A DNA stretch of 64,000 nucleotides, taken from the IMG/VR virus record IMGVR_UViG_3300025705_000475. One strand, 5' to 3'. A model generated the notes under the pieces. It had not been told where the DNA came from, made no database searches, and saw only the letters and a program-made list of their open reading frames with translations. Position 1 is the stretch's first letter, and each line of letters starts with the position of its first letter. This DNA comes from an uncultured virus (IMG/VR IMGVR_UViG_3300025705_000475). Its lineage: Duplodnaviria > Heunggongvirae > Uroviricota > Caudoviricetes. Shown here one piece after another: positions 20,752-30,371 of the stretch. The translations under genes were made by a program, and so were the position numbers.

Positions 20752-22608
20752 TTAGTCATCTAGTAATGTTCTTAGTTCATCTTCAATTTTACCTAAAGAA
20801 GTTCTTCCTTTTGATAGGTCAATTTCAGATATACCGTTAATCATATCATTTTCTAATATCATATTTAAATCTTTTTCTGTAGTACTTTCAGGTGTAACCT
20901 CAGCTGCTGATTCACCACCCGTATCTGTACCACTATCACCTAAATCACCACCTAAATCACCACCTAAATCACCACCTAAATCACCTCCAAAATCACTTCC
21001 ACCACCACCAAATCCAGTGTCAGAAGGTTCTGTAACCTCACCTTCAGGTGCTCCACCTTCTCCAGGTTTATTACCATATAATTTATCGATGTTTGCAAAT
21101 ATTCCTGTTTTAGTGATTGTTTCAGGTGTTTTTTCAAGTTCTGCTCCAACAGCCTTTTCGATTCTTTGTTGTTGTAAATCTAATTTAATTTCCTCATCTG
21201 AGAAACCAAGAATATGTTTTTTAGCCCAAGAAGAAGAAACAGGTTGTATACCATTACCTGGGTCAGAAACTGCATCACGGTAAAGAGCCACTTTTTGTTG
21301 CCATTGTTCAACTTTAAGTAAGTCCGCTTGGGTTGATGGGTTAGTAAGACCTAATGTGAAATTATTTAATTCGTCTTCAAAACCTAATAGGTACAAATGT
21401 ATTATCGCAATTTTATTTAACTCTTGAATCATAGATTTTTGAATTCTATTGATTGTTCTAGCAAATCTTATATCTTGTAAAGCTAAGTTTTTACCATCAC
21501 CAACAACCTCTTCAAACCCTAAAAATGCTTTAGGTACTCTAAGTGCCGTTAATAATTTCTTTTGTATATATTCAATATCAGCAATTTCTGATAAGTTTTG
21601 TGCCCCTGGTAATGTGTCGATAGGGTTAGGTGCGTTAGCATCTCTAACGGGTATGAAGTAATCTTGGTCAACCGCCATTTGATTATATCTTAAATCGACA
21701 TTACCGTTATTAGAGTCCACAATTTGGTCTCTTTTAAATTTGTTAGCGACTCTTTGTACGTAAGGTTCGACATCTTTGTCATCCATGTTACCTACAAAAA
21801 CTTTGAATACTCGTCTTTCAGGTGCTCTTGATGTTCTATAAACTAACATCGCGTCTTCAGATAAGATAAGTTGTTTCCATATTCTTCTCGCCTTTTCTAA
21901 CATAGAAGTACCATAAGGTAATTTACGGTCATCACCTAATAATCTAAAGTGAGCCACTTCCCACGTATTTAATACCATATCTTTATTTTGCCATAAGAAT
22001 TTTAAAGCATCATTATCGGTATCTGTACTATTTTTTTCAGGTTTTATTTTCATTCCTCGTTCTTGACGAGTAATTTCAATATTAGGTAGTTGTTGTACCC
22101 CCATAACCCCTTTCTCAGGGTCTAACTTTAGATAAACGAAGTTATCCCCATACTTACAAGTATTTCTCGTCCACATAGGTAGATTAGTACTAATATCGAG
22201 TCTATTGTTAAATAAATCCCCAAGTACTGACTTAATTCGTTTACTTTCTGAGTAAATCTGTAATATAAATCCATCTTCATTTGCTGTTGTTGATTCTTCC
22301 CCATATATATCTAACGCTGCAGATATTTCGGGTGTATATTCCATGCTTTCATAATCATAAAATGAAGCTAGTCTAGTCGGTTCATAATATACCGCTTGAG
22401 TATATAAGTTGTTCTCTACCTTCTGCCATTGTTGACCAAGATAGAGTGTTTGTTGGGCTTGAAGTTTTTCTCTCTCATACTCCTTTTTATCGGGAGTCTT
22501 TAAAAGTTCTTTCTTGTCAAACTTAAATACGGGAGCTTGTTGGTCTAACGTTGAGTCAGGACCAAATACCTTAGTAAGTCGTTGCCATATAGTATAATTT
22601 TCTGCCAT
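20752..22608 (-). CDS. portal protein (T4 gp20-like)
   Basis: EDAMLVYRTSRAPERRVF.V.VGNM, DYFIPVR, IDTLPGAQNL..I.DIEY, ALRVP. Confidence 0.95.
   Translation of the reverse strand: MAENYTIWQRLTKVFGPDSTLDQQAPVFKFDKKELLKTPDKKEYEREKLQAQQTLYLGQQWQKVENNLYTQAVYYEPTRLASFYDYESMEYTPEISAALDIYGEESTTANEDGFILQIYSESKRIKSVLGDLFNNRLDISTNLPMWTRNTCKYGDNFVYLKLDPEKGVMGVQQLPNIEITRQERGMKIKPEKNSTDTDNDALKFLWQNKDMVLNTWEVAHFRLLGDDRKLPYGTSMLEKARRIWKQLILSEDAMLVYRTSRAPERRVFKVFVGNMDDKDVEPYVQRVANKFKRDQIVDSNNGNVDLRYNQMAVDQDYFIPVRDANAPNPIDTLPGAQNLSEIADIEYIQKKLLTALRVPKAFLGFEEVVGDGKNLALQDIRFARTINRIQKSMIQELNKIAIIHLYLLGFEDELNNFTLGLTNPSTQADLLKVEQWQQKVALYRDAVSDPGNGIQPVSSSWAKKHILGFSDEEIKLDLQQQRIEKAVGAELEKTPETITKTGIFANIDKLYGNKPGEGGAPEGEVTEPSDTGFGGGGSDFGGDLGGDLGGDLGGDLGDSGTDTGGESAAEVTPESTTEKDLNMILENDMINGISEIDLSKGRTSLGKIEDELRTLLDD
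20935..20986 (-). repeat. 12-bp tandem repeat encoding (GGDL)n in the portal C-terminal linker
   Basis: CCTAAATCACCA units, about 4 copies. Confidence 0.8.
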
Positions 22609-22656
22609 ACTTCTTTTTTAGATAAATAGTAACATTATTTGAATTAAACTAAAGAT

Positions 22657-24429
22657 TTAAAACTTTCCAAATAACCAAGAATTATCTTGATAATCTTGTT
22701 TAGTTGCCTGTCCTCTATGTCTATTGTGGTTTATTCCCCCCGGTAATGCCGATAAACTTGGATGAAAATCGTTAGAGGTATTTTTGACGGGGGTTTCATT
22801 AACTAACCAACTTTCCATCATGGCTTTAGTTTGTTCTGTCACCTTTTCTAATTGAGTAAATGAATTTTCCCCAACATAAATTGCCATAGCGATAGCCATA
22901 ATTAAATCATCATGTTGTCCTTTTTGGTGGTCGGGTCTACCGTTAATATAAACAAAAGTGTTTAATTCATTTAATAACCTTGTTGACCTTATTTCAAAAT
23001 TATGTCTTAACGCCTCTTCAAATGACGCTACAATCTGTACTCTTTTATTATTGAAATTTAATCCAGGAATCTTATCTAAAGTTTTAGGATTATATTTCCA
23101 TTTGTCAGCGGCATTAACACCTTCAACATATAAATTTTTATATCCTAATTCTTGTAGTTTTCTTGATGTAGATACGCCCATACCACCTGTAATATCAATG
23201 ACAATAAATGCTGAATACATTGTTGCCCATTTAAATGCTATTTCTGCGACGACATCTGGTGGTACTTTACCTAAGTACTCAAGAACTTGTTCTCTCGTTT
23301 CAAAATCTATTATAGTAAATGTAGTATAATCCTCACTATCACCACGAGAAACATCAATACCCATAATATATTTATGACCTTGTACCGGTTCTTTCCATTG
23401 CCACAATGAACCACCTATAAATTTATTTATTGGTTCTTGTATGAAGTTTTGTTTAATAATTTCAATCGTACTACTTGGGATGACGTTATCCCCTGAACCC
23501 AAGAAATTACACTCCAATTCCTGTGAGATTTTTCTTCTATCGAATTTAAGTTTTTTAGCCATACCTTCGAACCATGAAGAATAAACTTTGTATCCATTTG
23601 ATAATTTTTCTTTAATTTCTTCGTAATCCCTTTCACGGGGGTCGATATCACCATATCTGATTATTATTTTACTGTCATCGTAATCTTCACGATTTAACAT
23701 ATAATGTATAATGTCGTTACATTTGATGAGTTGTAAGTCTTTAGCATAACGAGGGTCACGATACCAATACATTTCAGTTATCTTAAAATCGTTCATACCC
23801 CTTAAGGCTTGGTCATATATAGTATAATAAATTGGGTCAAAACCATTAGGTGTTGAAATTACAATAACTTTACCACCTGTAGAAAGTGACGCCATACACG
23901 CAGACCAAAAGTCATCATCAGCGTCAATAAACGCCGCCTCGTCAAAAATAAGTATTGTTGGTGTATACCCACGAAGTGCATCTTTTGAGGTTGCAACGGC
24001 TTTAACTTCACAACCATTTGATAATTTAAAATGTCTTTGAGAATTTTTTTCGTTAGAATAAGATATCCCAAACCATGTTGGCCATTGGTCAATAAAACTT
24101 CTAACCTTATTAGCGAATTCTTGTGATGTATCTAATTTGTTTGCAATTATTAGTACCTTTTCAGGTTTTCTTTTAGATGCGGTAACTACTTTTTTTGATG
24201 CCCAAGCAGCGGTAACTGTAGAAACACCCGCCTGTCTATACTTTAAGGCGATATTTTCCTCATAAGTATCATAATCATTAATTAATGTTTTTTGGTCTGA
24301 AAATAATTCTAAAGGTACGTACTGTGATTGCGTATTATCGTAGGTTTGTAGATAAGTTTTTAATGCGTAAGTGGTATCTTTTACACACCTAGCATATTCC
24401 AATAAAACTTGCTCTCTTGATAGTCCCAT
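22657..24429 (-). CDS. terminase large subunit (gp17-like)
   Basis: KYRQAGVST Walker A, LIFDEAAFI Walker B, ISTPNG, nuclease GIDVSRG and HDDLIMA. Confidence 0.95.
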   Translation of the reverse strand: MGLSREQVLLEYARCVKDTTYALKTYLQTYDNTQSQYVPLELFSDQKTLINDYDTYEENIALKYRQAGVSTVTAAWASKKVVTASKRKPEKVLIIANKLDTSQEFANKVRSFIDQWPTWFGISYSNEKNSQRHFKLSNGCEVKAVATSKDALRGYTPTILIFDEAAFIDADDDFWSACMASLSTGGKVIVISTPNGFDPIYYTIYDQALRGMNDFKITEMYWYRDPRYAKDLQLIKCNDIIHYMLNREDYDDSKIIIRYGDIDPRERDYEEIKEKLSNGYKVYSSWFEGMAKKLKFDRRKISQELECNFLGSGDNVIPSSTIEIIKQNFIQEPINKFIGGSLWQWKEPVQGHKYIMGIDVSRGDSEDYTTFTIIDFETREQVLEYLGKVPPDVVAEIAFKWATMYSAFIVIDITGGMGVSTSRKLQELGYKNLYVEGVNAADKWKYNPKTLDKIPGLNFNNKRVQIVASFEEALRHNFEIRSTRLLNELNTFVYINGRPDHQKGQHDDLIMAIAMAIYVGENSFTQLEKVTEQTKAMMESWLVNETPVKNTSNDFHPSLSALPGGINHNRHRGQATKQDYQDNSWLFGKF

Positions 24430-24449
24430 CTATACATAATAAGTTTTTT

Positions 24450-25721
24450 TTATGATAAAGAAATACCCAACCCGTCTAAAAGACCTGAAAGGTCATCATC
24501 ATCGTCATCATCGTCATCGTCATACTGTGATATAGCATCTTCATAATCTTGAGACTTTAATTCTTCTATAATCTCATCCACCATTTTAGCTACAATTTTT
24601 TTACCATCATCAGAACCAGACATAATCATTTTAGCAACATCGAAAAATTCATCAGTAGTTAATGAAGAAAATCGTGAAAATAAATAATTTTGTATTTCTC
24701 TTAAATCGTCATCGTATAATTTCTCAGGATACGAGGCCATAAATTTTTCCCAAATAACCGGTCCTAATCGTAAATCCCATATTTCGTAAGGTAATGTATC
24801 TTGAGACGCCATAACCATATCCGCAGCTTTAGGGTCGTCAGGCAATCCTTGAGTACCTAAGACTTCGTAAACGCCCTTTAGAAGTTCATGTATCAATATA
24901 GGGAAAAATAATCCTTTAGCCTTTATAGTTGGTGGGTCAGTAGTATCATCAACTTCTTCCTTACCTTCCATTCCTTGACCACTTTCAGCGGCTTTCATAA
25001 CCATTTCATCTGGCATAATCCAGTATAATAAATCATTAACGGACATTAATACACCATATAAATTTAATAGTTTTGGGTCAAGTTTTTCTAACTCGTCTTT
25101 AACTAAATGATACATGTAATGACCTTTTTTAGATGCTCCTTGAATTAAAGTATTAATAAAACGTCTTTTAGCCTTTTCTAAGTCAAACTTTTCAAAAGCG
25201 GCCATAAAATTCTCTAAATCATCCTCAGCTTCATTTTCTTCAACACCAAATTGGTCTAAAACATCTTCGTCTTCAGGTTCTTCAGAATCCTTCCTCATTT
25301 TTGACATATCAATCTGACCTGGCATAGACGTTAATTCAACATCATATTGAAATGCGTCATCAGGTAATGATAATTCTTTTTTAACGACATCAACAGCCAA
25401 TTGTTCCAAATAACCTTCATTATTTGACTCAATCTGTTTTACTTGTTTAACGGCTTGCATCAACATACCCTGTAAATTCATTAACTGATTCTGAGTTACT
25501 TCATTTACACCTGTATATCTCTTAACTTTTTCAACTACATCACGAAATCTTTTTGACGCGACTAACTGTTCAAATGAATTATCGAATTCATCATTGTCTT
25601 TTCTAGGTAAACCTGGATTATCAGACATAGGTGTCTCACCCTTTTCTAATTTTGATTGAATTCCTTGGTCCATTCTTTCAGGACCATCATATTCGATTTG
25701 TTCTTTAATTTTTTTCTTCAT
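24450..25721 (-). CDS. conserved hypothetical protein upstream of the terminase
   Basis: 423-aa acidic ORF in the late operon. Confidence 0.7.
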   Translation of the reverse strand: MKKKIKEQIEYDGPERMDQGIQSKLEKGETPMSDNPGLPRKDNDEFDNSFEQLVASKRFRDVVEKVKRYTGVNEVTQNQLMNLQGMLMQAVKQVKQIESNNEGYLEQLAVDVVKKELSLPDDAFQYDVELTSMPGQIDMSKMRKDSEEPEDEDVLDQFGVEENEAEDDLENFMAAFEKFDLEKAKRRFINTLIQGASKKGHYMYHLVKDELEKLDPKLLNLYGVLMSVNDLLYWIMPDEMVMKAAESGQGMEGKEEVDDTTDPPTIKAKGLFFPILIHELLKGVYEVLGTQGLPDDPKAADMVMASQDTLPYEIWDLRLGPVIWEKFMASYPEKLYDDDLREIQNYLFSRFSSLTTDEFFDVAKMIMSGSDDGKKIVAKMVDEIIEELKSQDYEDAISQYDDDDDDDDDDLSGLLDGLGISLS

Positions 25722-26850
25722 CTTTGAATGATATATTTAGATTGTCAAATTTAAGAAAATCTGGTAAGTCTTTATCCTCCACCTTAGCTTTAGGTGCTGG
25801 TTTATGTTTCGGTTGGTAAGGATTTTTTCTCTTTGGTTTTGTACGAGTAGGTGTCTTCACAGGAGCTTCTTTAGTCCCAGGTCCTTGTTCAATAATATCC
25901 ATTAAATCTTTTTTAGTCATAGAAGGTTTATTTACATCTTTTATCAAAGATACAATACTTTCTTCAATTTTTCTAATATTTTCTTTACGTTCCTTAATTT
26001 GTTTACCAACAGAACTAACACATGCATCAAATTTCTTCTCAGCGTTATTCTTCCAAGTTTTTTTAGGTCCATACTTACCTTGTATACTATCCATACAAAT
26101 GGCATACTCACTATCCTCTTCAAACATACCTAAAGTAGTCATAACAGGACGTATAATAGTATCATCTACCTTTTTGCTCTTCTTCTTTTTCTTTTTACCC
26201 TTCTCTTCCGCAATACCCATACCATCACCACCAGCTTTAGGATTAACCCCATAATTAGCAGGTCCATCATCATTACCGACACTATTACCATCGTAAGGAT
26301 TATATCCTGACTCTTTTTCTAAAGAATTATCAGCATCTTTATCTTCAGATAGTTCACTATCATCAACGTCATCAGCGGGTTCAAACATTTTAACTAACAT
26401 TTCAAAGTTATCTCTAAAGTAACTTCTTAAATAAGCTCTTTTACCATGCACGATTAAACCATCTCTATCTGTTTGATATTCTTCCCAATCGTCCCAATAG
26501 AAATCAACTGCGTCTTCGACAGCGTCTTCTAATTCAGGGCTGAAAGGACTTGGCATTTTTTCGGGTTCACCTAATTGTTTGTGAATTGATTGATTGAAGA
26601 AATGTTGGTCAGAACTACCCCACTCATTTAATTCTTCTTCACCTAATTCTTTGGTTAGTTGTTGTGCCGACACGTTGGCCATTGCAAGGTCAGTTTTTAT
26701 TTTTTCTGTCTTATCGCTAGTCGTGTCTTCTTCGTTAACTAGTTTCTTATGTAAAACACTGATTTGTTTACCGTCTAATTTCTTAAGGGTATTTAATTTA
26801 AATCCCTCCCTTAATAAGTCCATTATTTTAAATTTACTTTTCATCTTCAA
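25705..26850 (-). CDS. hypothetical late protein
   Basis: 381-aa modular ORF with several xxE linker sites. Confidence 0.7.
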   Translation of the reverse strand: MKMKSKFKIMDLLREGFKLNTLKKLDGKQISVLHKKLVNEEDTTSDKTEKIKTDLAMANVSAQQLTKELGEEELNEWGSSDQHFFNQSIHKQLGEPEKMPSPFSPELEDAVEDAVDFYWDDWEEYQTDRDGLIVHGKRAYLRSYFRDNFEMLVKMFEPADDVDDSELSEDKDADNSLEKESGYNPYDGNSVGNDDGPANYGVNPKAGGDGMGIAEEKGKKKKKKSKKVDDTIIRPVMTTLGMFEEDSEYAICMDSIQGKYGPKKTWKNNAEKKFDACVSSVGKQIKERKENIRKIEESIVSLIKDVNKPSMTKKDLMDIIEQGPGTKEAPVKTPTRTKPKRKNPYQPKHKPAPKAKVEDKDLPDFLKFDNLNISFKDEEKN

Positions 26851-27244
26851 TAAAACTTTTTTCGTAACTTAATACGATATCTCTTTCATATAGTTTATCT
26901 TCTACAGATTTAACACTATCTCCGTAACCGAAAACTAATCTTTTAAATTTATCATTTATAATCGAGTCACTATCTTCATTTTCCCATGCTAAAGATATAA
27001 CCCCATCAATCGAATCATATACACCAAAAAAGTCAGAATCTTGTATTAAATGTAAATCAATGTTTACGTTTCTTAAAACACCAACTTTCTTTATATATTG
27101 AATATGGGGTGGTGAAGGGTTACCATTAGCTGGTTGTGCGTCCCATTCATCACCCCATACATCGTCTACATCTGAAAAGATGAATTCGTATATATTATCC
27201 CCTTTATAATTGGGACCTAATTCATTTATATAAACTAATTTCAT
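26834..27244 (-). CDS. hypothetical protein
   Basis: 136-aa ORF, coupled to its neighbours. Confidence 0.7.
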   Translation of the reverse strand: MKLVYINELGPNYKGDNIYEFIFSDVDDVWGDEWDAQPANGNPSPPHIQYIKKVGVLRNVNIDLHLIQDSDFFGVYDSIDGVISLAWENEDSDSIINDKFKRLVFGYGDSVKSVEDKLYERDIVLSYEKSFIEDEK

Positions 27245-28464
27245 AGTAACTCACCTTTAGAAGTTACTTTAAATTGTTTTTTACCAGATTCAAAAATTAA
27301 ATTTCCTTTATTAGTTTTACCTAAAAATTTAATATTAGTATTTTCTTTAAGTATAAACTCTGAAGTTAATTCCTGTTCAATACTCTCTGATAATCTTTTT
27401 ATTTCTTTTTTAACCGATATAGTGTTAACTTTCTCAGCTAAGAATTTTTTAATTTTTTTAGATTCTGTAATCTTTTTTTCACCATCGGTAACTACAAAGT
27501 ACTTTTCTAATACCTTATCAACTTTTGACTCACCAAATATTTCATCAACCATAGATTTCATAGAATCACCTTCAGCCATTTCACCTTCAGGTTCTTCCAT
27601 ATCCATATCCATATCTAAGTCTAAATCTAAATCTAATTCATCGTCGCCAGATTCAACATCAATATCAACTTCACCTTCCATATCATAATCAGTTTCATCT
27701 TCTTCAAAATTAGCTAAAATATCTTCTTTATCTTCTTCAGAAAGTTTGTCTAATTCAACTGCAGATATAATTGAATTTAAAACGTACTTAATATCTTCAG
27801 AGGATAGTCCTTGATTTTTATCGTAAGTTCTTAGTTTCTGACCTATTTTACCTGTTAATTTTTGAATTACCTTGAATGAACTCTCTTCATCTTCAACATC
27901 AACGTCAACCTCAACTTCTTCTTCAGTGTCGTCTAAATCTAAATCTAAATCCATATCTAAGTCATCAACACCTTCTTCAGAATCCATACCCATATCAACA
28001 TCCATATCAACATCCATATCTAAATCCGCTTCAGGTTCCATTGATGGTTCATCAACATCGATATCAACATCAACTTTAGGTTCTGGTGTTTTTAAAACAA
28101 ATTTCTTTTGTTCACCTATAATATTAACACCTTCAGTATTTTCATGTATTCTATTAAGTTCACCAGCAATAAGATTTACTTTTTTCATTGCTTGAGAAAA
28201 TGATTTGTAATGTTTACGGTTCTGCATTGGTTCGTTATAATCAAGTTCTGATTCACTTATACCAACTTTTACCACGTATCCTGTTTTTTCTTTTACAATT
28301 CCGTAGTACTTTCCATCGGCCATCTGAATTGAATAGTCGGCTTTGGAGTTTTTGTTTTCACTTAAAGTAGTGGGTTTTGAACCATAATTAGAAATCTCAA
28401 GAATTCTACTAATCTGTTCTTGACCTTCTAATTTCTCACTACCTAGAGGTTTTAAATCTGCCAT
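27241..28464 (-). CDS. acidic hypothetical protein (possible head core protein)
   Basis: D/E-rich DMDVDMD tracts like those in the scaffold. Confidence 0.65.
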   Translation of the reverse strand: MADLKPLGSEKLEGQEQISRILEISNYGSKPTTLSENKNSKADYSIQMADGKYYGIVKEKTGYVVKVGISESELDYNEPMQNRKHYKSFSQAMKKVNLIAGELNRIHENTEGVNIIGEQKKFVLKTPEPKVDVDIDVDEPSMEPEADLDMDVDMDVDMGMDSEEGVDDLDMDLDLDLDDTEEEVEVDVDVEDEESSFKVIQKLTGKIGQKLRTYDKNQGLSSEDIKYVLNSIISAVELDKLSEEDKEDILANFEEDETDYDMEGEVDIDVESGDDELDLDLDLDMDMDMEEPEGEMAEGDSMKSMVDEIFGESKVDKVLEKYFVVTDGEKKITESKKIKKFLAEKVNTISVKKEIKRLSESIEQELTSEFILKENTNIKFLGKTNKGNLIFESGKKQFKVTSKGELL

Positions 28465-28493
28465 ATCTCTATATTTTTAATATTTTTTAATTT

Positions 28494-28652
28494 TTAATTA
28501 TATAAACCATTAACTCCACCCAATCTAACAGTGTCGCACTGAGTAATTGATTGATTTTTATCGTTCACATATGTAGCATGCATTGGTGTGAATGTGGTTG
28601 TCCCACTCACAGGTATTGTGTATTCTGTCGATGTACATCCAGTTTGTGCCAT
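28494..28652 (-). CDS. 52-aa small protein not in the ORF track
   Basis: MAQTGCTSTEYTIPVSGTTTFTPMHATYVNDKNQSITQCDTVRLGGVNGLYN; TATTTAT 14 nt upstream; fills the intergenic gap. Confidence 0.65.
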   Translation of the reverse strand: MAQTGCTSTEYTIPVSGTTTFTPMHATYVNDKNQSITQCDTVRLGGVNGLYN

Positions 28653-28725
28653 AATAGTTTTTTATAATAAATATACCGTAAGTTAAGAATTTCCATTTTT
28701 TCTTAGCCTACGTTATAATTATAGT

Positions 28726-29469
28726 TTATTTTTGCTCAGATAAAGAAAGACGATTATCAATAACATCATTCTGAAAATCGAATAGTTTCTGTATATATCC
28801 ATTCCTTCTTAGATATTTAAAAACTAAATTCTCATAAGAGTATTCACCCTCTTTTTCTAAACCACAACCTCTATATTTTTTTAACTTATCTTTTACTTTT
28901 TGTATTTTCTCTAAAGAAGTCTCTAAATCATCATCCGATTCTTCAACATCATCAATCACTAAATCTATTATGTCTTCCCACTGCTCAACCTTATCAGTAA
29001 TAATTTTTTTATTGATATTAACCTCCTCTTTAGTAGGTTCAACTAACCATTCATTAAATAATACTGAATACACCCCTGTTGATATGTGTGGTTCATTTAT
29101 ATCTTGAACATATAGTTCAACTTCATAACCTTTAACGGTTATATCGTGTGTGGAGTTAAATAATGTTTTTTTTAGTTTAAATAAGTCCTTATAAAGTTCC
29201 TTTTCATTTCCTGACTCATTAAAGTCATACATAATGTGTAAATCTATATCTGAAAATTCGGACCAATTGTAATTAGATAGTGACCCAGTCATTGTTATAT
29301 CTTGTATAAAAATGTCGTAATCTAAAAACTCAATGAATTTATTAGCGATTTCGATTAACTGTAAACGAATTTCTTCTTTCATCACGGCATTTGTAGGGTC
29401 GTCAGGATTATCCCAAATAGTGGGATTTAACTCATCTTTTACATCAAAACTAGAAATTATATTATCCAT
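28726..29469 (-). CDS. nucleotidyltransferase (Pol beta superfamily)
   Basis: TGSLSNYNWSEFSDIDLHI (GS...DxD) and VELYVQ third acidic residue. Confidence 0.75.
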   Translation of the reverse strand: MDNIISSFDVKDELNPTIWDNPDDPTNAVMKEEIRLQLIEIANKFIEFLDYDIFIQDITMTGSLSNYNWSEFSDIDLHIMYDFNESGNEKELYKDLFKLKKTLFNSTHDITVKGYEVELYVQDINEPHISTGVYSVLFNEWLVEPTKEEVNINKKIITDKVEQWEDIIDLVIDDVEESDDDLETSLEKIQKVKDKLKKYRGCGLEKEGEYSYENLVFKYLRRNGYIQKLFDFQNDVIDNRLSLSEQK

Positions 29470-29490
29470 GTTTATAAATAGTGAGTTTTA

Positions 29491-29739
29491 TTACTTTGTT
29501 AATTTTTTATATTTGTATTTCCTTCCTATCTCTTTATTAAAGAATCCTCCTTGAGATTCTGCCATTCTAAATTTAGTATACATTGAGTGTGGTACTTTTT
29601 CGTATTCGTACTCCATACCATTTTTAAATGTTACCACTAACTTCTCATTAGAGGTATTATAAACTGTCTTTTTTAAGTTAGATGAGTCAATTTCATTTAT
29701 GATTAATTTCCCTTCTATTTTTTCATTTTTAATTGCCAT
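29491..29739 (-). CDS. KTSC-domain protein
   Basis: SSNL...Y......L.V.FKNG..YEY..VP...Y..F..AESQGGFFNKEI. Confidence 0.85.
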   Translation of the reverse strand: MAIKNEKIEGKLIINEIDSSNLKKTVYNTSNEKLVVTFKNGMEYEYEKVPHSMYTKFRMAESQGGFFNKEIGRKYKYKKLTK

Positions 29740-29778
29740 AATACATTTTTTTAATAAGTATAGGAATAATATATAAAT

Positions 29779-29806
29779 AAAAAACCCTCCATACGGAGGG
29801 TTTTTT
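29779..29806. terminator. intrinsic terminator
   Basis: AAAAAACCCTCC-atac-GGAGGGTTTTTT. Confidence 0.8.
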
Positions 29807-29807
29807 A

Positions 29808-30161
29808 TTACTTTCTTAAGTTTTTAATTTTATCCCTAAGTTTAATCGATTCTTCAAAATTCTCTTCAGTAATAGAAATACTTAATTTTTCTTTTAAGTC
29901 TTTTATTTCTTTTCCATTTTTTTCCAAATTTTTAATTTTGTCTCTAAGTTCAACCGCTAATTCAAAATTTTCTTCTAATATAGCATTATCTAATTCTTTT
30001 TTTAATTGATTCGTATTATTATCGGTAGTGCTCGTAGTCGATTTACTATCGTAATAAAAAATGTATCCATTAGGTCCTACTTTATAGTAAGTTGGTTTTA
30101 TTTCATTAAAGAATGAGTCAAACTCATCGAATAGTTCATTAAATTTTCTTTTTCCAAACAT
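29808..30161 (-). CDS. protein with two UVR (UvrB/UvrC) coiled-coil motifs
   Basis: LDNAILEENFELAVELRDKI and LSISITEENFEESIKLRDKI; likely start MFGKRKF. Confidence 0.8.
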   Translation of the reverse strand: MFGKRKFNELFDEFDSFFNEIKPTYYKVGPNGYIFYYDSKSTTSTTDNNTNQLKKELDNAILEENFELAVELRDKIKNLEKNGKEIKDLKEKLSISITEENFEESIKLRDKIKNLRK

Positions 30162-30209
30162 ATTATTAGTTTTTTTTATTTTATTGTTTATCTTTGTACT
30201 TAACAAATG

Positions 30210-30224
30210 GCAAAAAACGTACCA
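30210..30224 (-). promoter_or_regulatory. sigma54-type -24/-12 promoter
   Basis: Minus strand TGGTACG-TTTT-TTGC versus consensus TGGCACG-N4-TTGC, about 50 nt upstream of the UVR gene. Confidence 0.6.
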
Positions 30225-30268
30225 TAAGTTATATAATGTCCATATGACTCATCATTATAGAGGAATAG

Positions 30269-30312
30269 TGACATAATGACAGTTAACCTAAATTTAATAT
30301 GACAAAATGTCA
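30269..30312. promoter_or_regulatory. paired TGACA-N3-TG(T/A)CA operator/enhancer-like sites
   Basis: TGACATAATGACA (30269) and palindromic TGACAAAATGTCA (30300). Confidence 0.5.
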
Positions 30313-30371
30313 AGTAGTTGATAAACGAACAATTTTTGTTATATTAGTAATGATAAATTAATTAATATAAT

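Noticed and set aside
22657..24429. Intein or intron in the terminase (also checked in the capsid and portal genes)
   Set aside because: No intein splice-junction or LAGLIDADG motifs; frames are uninterrupted and lengths are ordinary.
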